A DNA stretch of 64,000 nucleotides from Hormiphora californensis. Its lineage: Eukaryota; Animalia; Ctenophora. A program made the position numbers and the translations under genes. Position 1 is the first letter of the stretch; the number at the start of each line of letters is the position of its first letter. Positions 54,001 through 64,000 of the stretch are shown here, one piece after another. Where the stretch lies: contig CM035361.1 of the NCBI GenBank assembly GCA_020137815.1, positions 248,001-312,000 of the forward strand. Direction: 5' to 3'. The notes beneath the pieces are model-generated. The model was not told the origin of the DNA. It saw only the letters and a program-made list of their open reading frames with translations, and ran no database searches.

Positions 54001-57000
54001 ACGACCGCGAAAACTCTACACATTGATGTTGAGAATTCGGCCCCATTGACGATGTCATTAAGTTAGAGGTTTGTTGTTGTTCGGTGTGGTCGTGGTCGGG
54101 TCGGGGTCGTGGTCGGGTCGGGGTCGGGTCGGTTCGGGAGACGAGGTCACTGGCGATGATCAGAAGTTTCCCAAGTGTACGTTGTACACTACTAGGACAT
54201 GGTAGCCCACGTTGGTGGATCTTTGGCAGCGGAGACAGTTGCAGGTGATGAGAAAGCAGGAACACGAAAAACTAAGTTTTTAAACCTGAGAGTTAGAGTT
54301 TTACGGTTCAGTTGAGGTTTCGTTCAGTTTGGGAGGACGCTATCTCTTGGAATCACAACACGGACGCGGTATACGTGTAGAACATCAGAGGTCCACATAC
54401 TTGACGATATAGTTTGACACCAAAACAGTTCTCCAGAGATGGGACAAAGTTCCAAATATAGTAAGGGACAAATAACCAAATATAGTAAGGGACAAATAAC
54501 CAAATAAGGAGGGTTAAATCTCCAGAGATCATGGGAAGGCAAAGTTACAAGGTAGTTCCTTTGTGACCATGAAGACTCACCGAGGGACGACACATGGAAC
54601 ACGTTGTAAAAGTAAGTATATAAACTTTTTCAAAATGAATTATGTATGCAAGGTACGACATTTAATTATATTACCACAATCATATGATATACGTTTTTGT
54701 TTTGAGGAAAGTGAACAGTTCAGTGACACTTTTACGGGGGTGGGGTTACAGGGCGGTTAATTTGGATATTTGCAAACCCAGAAATAAGCCAAAACAATTC
54801 TAGCTCTGAAATTTCAACTTGGACTATTATTGTGCCCCATTCAAAGGGTTTACGGTGATTTCAGAGCTTCTAGGCCACCCGGGAACTCGTCTCTTGGCTC
54901 TCAAGTACCAGAAGTATTTTCAGAGAGATAGAATTAGAAGAAAGGAAGAAGATAAACAGGGGGACAGGGACAGGGCACCCTAGAAGATCGATAACAAAAA
55001 ATCCTCCCTATCTACTGCAGCAGAATAGTACCACGCAACAGTCCGTGTGTTGCTTGGTTGTGTGTTTTTGTATCCCCCCCGTCTCAGTTTTCCCACCGCC
55101 ATCCCTTACCTCTTTTACCCCGTCCAACTTTATGGCCATAATGGTTAATTTTGGGGGGTTTCAGCTATTTGGGCCTACCCAAGCCAACTTACTGGGCTCC
55201 TGTAGCCCGACGAACCACCCACTCCATCATCGTGGAAACTTTAGAAAGGACCTAGAAATGTCTAAAAGTGGTTGGCAAAGTCTCAGTACAGAAAAGTATC
55301 TTGAATGTCAAAAACATACTTTCCGTGGTATAGAAGCTCTGTAAAAGCAGAAACATTGAATGAGGGCAACAACATAGTCAAGTATGCAAATTTCATAAGC
55401 CTAAAACTGTTTTGCTTTTTTTCTGGGTGCAAGCCCCCAACGTTTTGTGTAAAGATCCCAAATTAACAACCCTGTATAATTAATTAATAATAAGTACTAG
55501 TGTTAACTATCTAGTCAAGAGAACAATTATAGTACTCACCATAGGCCGCCTGTGAAAATAAGAAACCCTGAAAAGAAGCAGTGTAATAAAAACATGAATT
55601 AGTTTCTATTCGAGGGAAAGTAATTACACTAAAAACTGATCATTCGCGTTAAATAATTACTATAAGTAATGAAAACAAGCTATCACAATTAAATAGGTAA
55701 CTTTGTGTTAACGTACACAAGATTTGGATAAGGCTCCCAGGTGATTGCGGGCCTGACAGTAAGATTCCCAGTTAATCCAGATTTTTTAATTCAGATCAAA
55801 AAGGTCGTCGGTAGTTACGAAATGGGTGATAGCTTTGTAGAATCCTATATATTCTCATGGCGACTCCCCGACCTCATCTCATTTAAACGGCCAAACACGC
55901 CCTGATTGGTCATCTAAATCAGGGTGAATTGGTTAAGGAGGGAGATCCATCCTGGTTTCCTCCTGGCTTGTGATTGGTCCAGCTGCAGGTCGCCATGGGA
56001 CACGTGGTTGCGCGGCTTAAGAAGCGTTACGTCCGGTAACAAGCATTAGAGGGGGAGGATCTCGCTGTGGAAATTTGGGAACGAGTCCGTGAAAAAAACA
56101 AGAGTATCCCTTAAAGATGGCAACATGGTACCAAATAAGCCTGGAAGAGGGGGGTGGAGAGAGCAGATCGATGCACGAGACCCGAGAGGAGACGGAGAAA
56201 GGAGAGAGCAGAGACGAGAGACCGGCCTTTCAGAGAGAGAGCGGGACCAACCGAGAGCCGAAGAGACGAGATGAGAGAGAGGAAGAGGACGGATCGAGAG
56301 CAGGGACCGGAATTCGAAGAAGGACCGCGAAGAGAGACGAGACGAGAGCGAGACCGGATGCGAGAGGGCCGACGGAGAGTAGAGAGAGAGCGAAGGCGAC
56401 GCAGGAGAGGACGAGGAGGCAGAATGGAGATGACGTCAGCAAGAGAGCGGAGCAGAGGGAGCGACGGAGGACGCCATGAGAGGAGAGAATGAGATAGAGA
56501 GAAGAGAAGAAGAGAAGAGAGAGGAGGAGAGATGAGCAGGGGAGGAGAGAGGAGGAGAGGAGTCACAGGGAGAGAGAGAGAGAGAGAGAGGCGAGAGATG
56601 AGAGAGGCAGAGGAGGGACGGAAGGGAGGAGAGTGGAGAGGAGGAGGAGGGGGAAGGAGAGGGGATGAGAGGGAGAGGAGAGAGAGAGGAGGGACACAAG
56701 GATTGAGAGCGCAGAGAAGCGGGGGAGCCGAGGGAGAGAAGAGCAGAGGGTATGGACCCGAACAGAAGCGACGAGACCTCTCACCGGAGAGAGCACCCGA
56801 CCGAGGCAGAGAGATGGCCCCCATTGAGAATACCCCTGAGAGAGAGAGACGACAAATGACCCACGGGTCAGCTGTCAGAACCGCCTGAAGGAAATGCCCC
56901 TTTTAGCCCCTCTCCCTGCAGAGGCTTTCTCCGAGAGAGGGAGAGAAGCATGGCGGAAAGGAGAGAGAGGAGAGAGAGAGAGAGAGAGATAGAGAGGGGA

Positions 57001-59061
57001 GAGGAGAGAGGAGAGAGGGAGATAGAAGGGATGAGAGGCGGGGCTAAAATCCTGACGGATATTGAACTTCAATCACTAAAATGATGTTATGGCAAACGCA
57101 TGCACTTTACCGCTGTAACATCTAATACCGTATTTGTCAACACTTAACACTCCATAAATTAACCCTCATGGAGCCACGTAGAATCAAGAAACCACGTACA
57201 GTACTTTGTCTCACCAAAAAGACTGCCCGTTCCGAGCCCAAGGCGATCACCCCACACCACCCCCTGGAGCCCAGTCCTGCCCGAAACTGGGGCCGGGGGG
57301 CCGACATTACATAGTCATATAGTTATGACAAGTACATGTACATCATGTTAACATAAAAACACTAAAACCTCATAAACCATGTACTGCCAGCAGTAGTACT
57401 AGGAACCATGGTTTACTGGGAGTTACCTCTGATTTGCCACTGAGGGCTCAGGTACGGGAAAAGAGTTGAGATGGTGATCGAAATTCAAAAAATAGGGTTT
57501 AACCTGCACCGGCCGTTGTTCTGGGTATTAAGTACTTTTACTCTGTAAATTCAAATAAGATTAGATGGAAAAAAACTTCTGCGAAGTACGTTTAGTTAGT
57601 CATGACTTATCAAACTCGTGAAATCCGGAGTCCAGATATTTGATGATTGGCGTAATTTTCTATCCGATATAATCCGATAATGATTTTCTTAGTTATGAAT
57701 CATACTTATCCCAAAAAAAACCAGTGCGGTGGCATGGCACTGATACTGATATATCAGTATCAGTGTCATGCACTGGTTTTTTGGATAAGCATGTATGTCA
57801 GAGTCGCCATGATACTGTGTATGTATATAAAGTATGAAACAAATAATGATACTGATACTTTGGTTCCAGTGATACCAAGATAACCTAGAGTATGAGGGGA
57901 TAGTGACAGCTATTATTGGGAAAATCGAACACATCTACAGGCATCACAGATATATCTGCTCGAATAGAGAAAAGAGAGAGAGAGAGAGAAGAGAGAGAGA
58001 AGCGAGCAGAGAGAGGAGAGAGAGAGAGAGAGAGATAGTCTTCTCTCTCTCTCTCTCTCTCTCTTCTCTACACTCTTCTCTCTCTCTCCTCATTCCCCAT
58101 AGTTCATTTTCGCATCCTGATACGTCATAGATTACTTTGGCGTGTATCTCTTATCTTCTCTCACTCTCAAGATCACGGTTCAGTTTTGACACTTCCATAA
58201 ATAGACTTTGCTTGCCTCATCTCTTTCCTCTCCCTCTTGTTTGTATGTGTCATCTCTCATTTACCTCCGGCCTCCCTGCTGTAGCCGGTAAATCAGTTAG
58301 CAGTGCAAACTTAAATTCGTTTCTTTTCTATAGAAGTGTCCACTTGTCATGACTCATGATTACAACATGACTTTGGTCCGGTCCGGGCTGTTTCTTTGTG
58401 AGGCCATAGGTTGTTTAGTTAATTATTGAGTGTAGTACCATTGTTGTTTATCGCAATTACCTCGTTTCCCCTCTTCCTTCCCCTAATATCTATCTATTAA
58501 TTCGTCTCCGATCCCCCCCCTCATATGATCTTAATCCAGGCACCATGAACCACAATATCTCAAGCTAGTTCCCCCTGTGTATTAGGCCCAATAGCAAAGG
58601 ATCAACAGATGTCTTCCAGGAAACAAATTCACAGGTGAGTTGTTACAATGGTAAACAATGGTTATCACACGAGATGTTAGATGTTACCATTGTTACCGTT
58701 CTTAAGAAACCCTCGATAATATCCCAAATAACCAATTAATTAATTAATTAGGTAATTAATTAACATTACTCCCACAGGAGGAGATGGAATGGGCGGAGGG
58801 CTTGTTCCCGACATTGTGGACTGTACGACCCCGACTACGGGGAGAGTCTTCAAGGATATTTTCAAGAACGAAGTGAAGAGAGAGGTCAAGTGGGTCTTTC
58901 TATGCGGTGTGAGAAATTTGAAAAAGAAAAAAAAAACATTGATCCCTGTCTCTACAAGGGGGGCCACGATTGTTGTCATGGTTAGCGAGGTGGTGCGTCA
59001 AAACGTGATAGTGGATGAGAATAAAAATTATGGAGCACTCGGATCAATCTGGTAACTTTTT

Positions 59062-60278
59062 CCATAATTTTTGTCAAAAATTCGAAAATTCATTTTTCAT
59101 CCTTCATTCATTTTCGTTCATTCATGATGTGAGCATCCTAATTTTCCATCATTATGCCTATTGTTCTTTGGCTTGAATTTATCTTTCCAATGAGCACCAT
59201 GAAACTACAATTGAATCACCAGGTCACTCAGCAGTTGAGAAAATGTTCATGCATGATTGGCTCTTTTGCGACCTTTCAAACGCTGTATCACAGCTACCTT
59301 TCGTTCAAATCTTCGTAAAACTTGGGAAAACATTGGATAGCAAAGATCTTTTGCTCACAGAAAAATACAAGGCCAAAGATCAAGTCATTTTTCATTTTTG
59401 TTAGTTCATTCGTTCATTCAGGAAACCAACATCCCTAAGTTGATGAAAGGTTTGGGTTTTGTTGGCCCTGTCCTGCAATGACAGAGAGGTGGAATAACGT
59501 GTTTCCGGCGCTGTTTGTGGTGTCCATGGAGTATGATGATATATCTGACACCTTTTTGAGCCATTTTCCAAATTCAAGCATGTATGATGTAAATTGTTCG
59601 TTTCGTTCAAATTTGAATCGGTTGTCTCTTTCAATATAAATCAAACTCATTTCATTGAGCTAATCATCATTTTTGAGGTGGTATGAGAGCTCATACATTG
59701 CTGACGGTACTTAATCGCAGAAAAAACCAAGGTACCTGCTTGGAATTTGAGAAAATCCCTTAATCAGGCTCAGAGAAAAGGTGTAAGATATCATCATTCT
59801 CACATGGAACCCACAAACTAGCCCGGAAAACACACTATTTACACATCTCTGTAATTGCAGGACATGGGCCAAACAAAACCCAACCTTTTCATCAACTTTA
59901 GGGATGTGGTTCTGAATTGAACGGAATGAACTACAAAAAATTAAAAAATGAACTTTGACCTTTGGCCTTGATATTTATTGTGTGGCAAAGAGATCCTTTG
60001 TTATCTAATGTTTCCCAAAGGTTTAAGAAGATTGAACGAAAGGTAGCTGTGAATAAGCTGTTTGAAAGGTCGCAAAAAGAGCCAAAATCATGCATGAACT
60101 TTTCAATGCTGAGGACCTGGTGATGCAATTTTATTTCATGGTGTCATTGGAAAAAGATAAATTCAAGCCAAGAAAATAGCATAATGATGGAAAATTAGGA
60201 TGCTCAAATAATGAATGACGCGAAATGAATGATGAAGGAATGAAAAAGAATTTTCGAATTTTTGACAAAAAAATATGG
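59062..60278. repeat. Long foldback (about 500-bp inverted arms) with many small indels
   Basis: Arms align in inverted orientation, e.g. gagcatcctaattttccatcattatgc / gcataatgatggaaaattaggatgctc. Confidence 0.7.
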
Positions 60279-60350
60279 AATGGGGGGGGCCCAAAAGGAA
60301 TCTTGCGAAGTTACGAGCCTTTCCCGAAAATCGGGCCCAGTTGGAGTGAG

Positions 60351-64000
<3,650 letters not shown>

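Overview
Repeat-rich eukaryotic (animal) genomic DNA, probably ctenophore, inferred from a 36-nt match to my recollection of the ctenophore spliced leader (SL). Most ORF-track entries are microsatellite noise. The host genes I can support are all on the minus strand: (i) a large multi-exon type I membrane glycoprotein (about 27.2-54 kb) with mucin-like repeats, an RRKR site, a Cys-rich ephrin-receptor-like repeat and a TM helix; part of it recurs at about 60.3-64 kb; (ii) a complete 4-exon peptidyl-tRNA hydrolase 2 gene (20329-21681); (iii) S/P/R-rich exon chains at 4.4-13.1 kb. Two mobile elements stand out. First, an intact CRE-clade retrotransposon (PHD-RT-RLE, 22311-25547) whose 5' end is an SL-like sequence; it has a 10-bp target site duplication (TSD) and sits inside a Helitron-like shell. 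Second, a 5.9-kb Merlin (IS1595/ISXO2) transposon (43704-49574, 8-bp TSD) carrying two homologous CCDC106-like passenger genes, nested in two other elements inside an intron. There are also many MITEs, an ORF1-only LINE derivative and intronic minisatellites. Stretches near 44.1-44.4 kb and 53.7-60.6 kb look error-rich. All coordinates and translations were read by eye.
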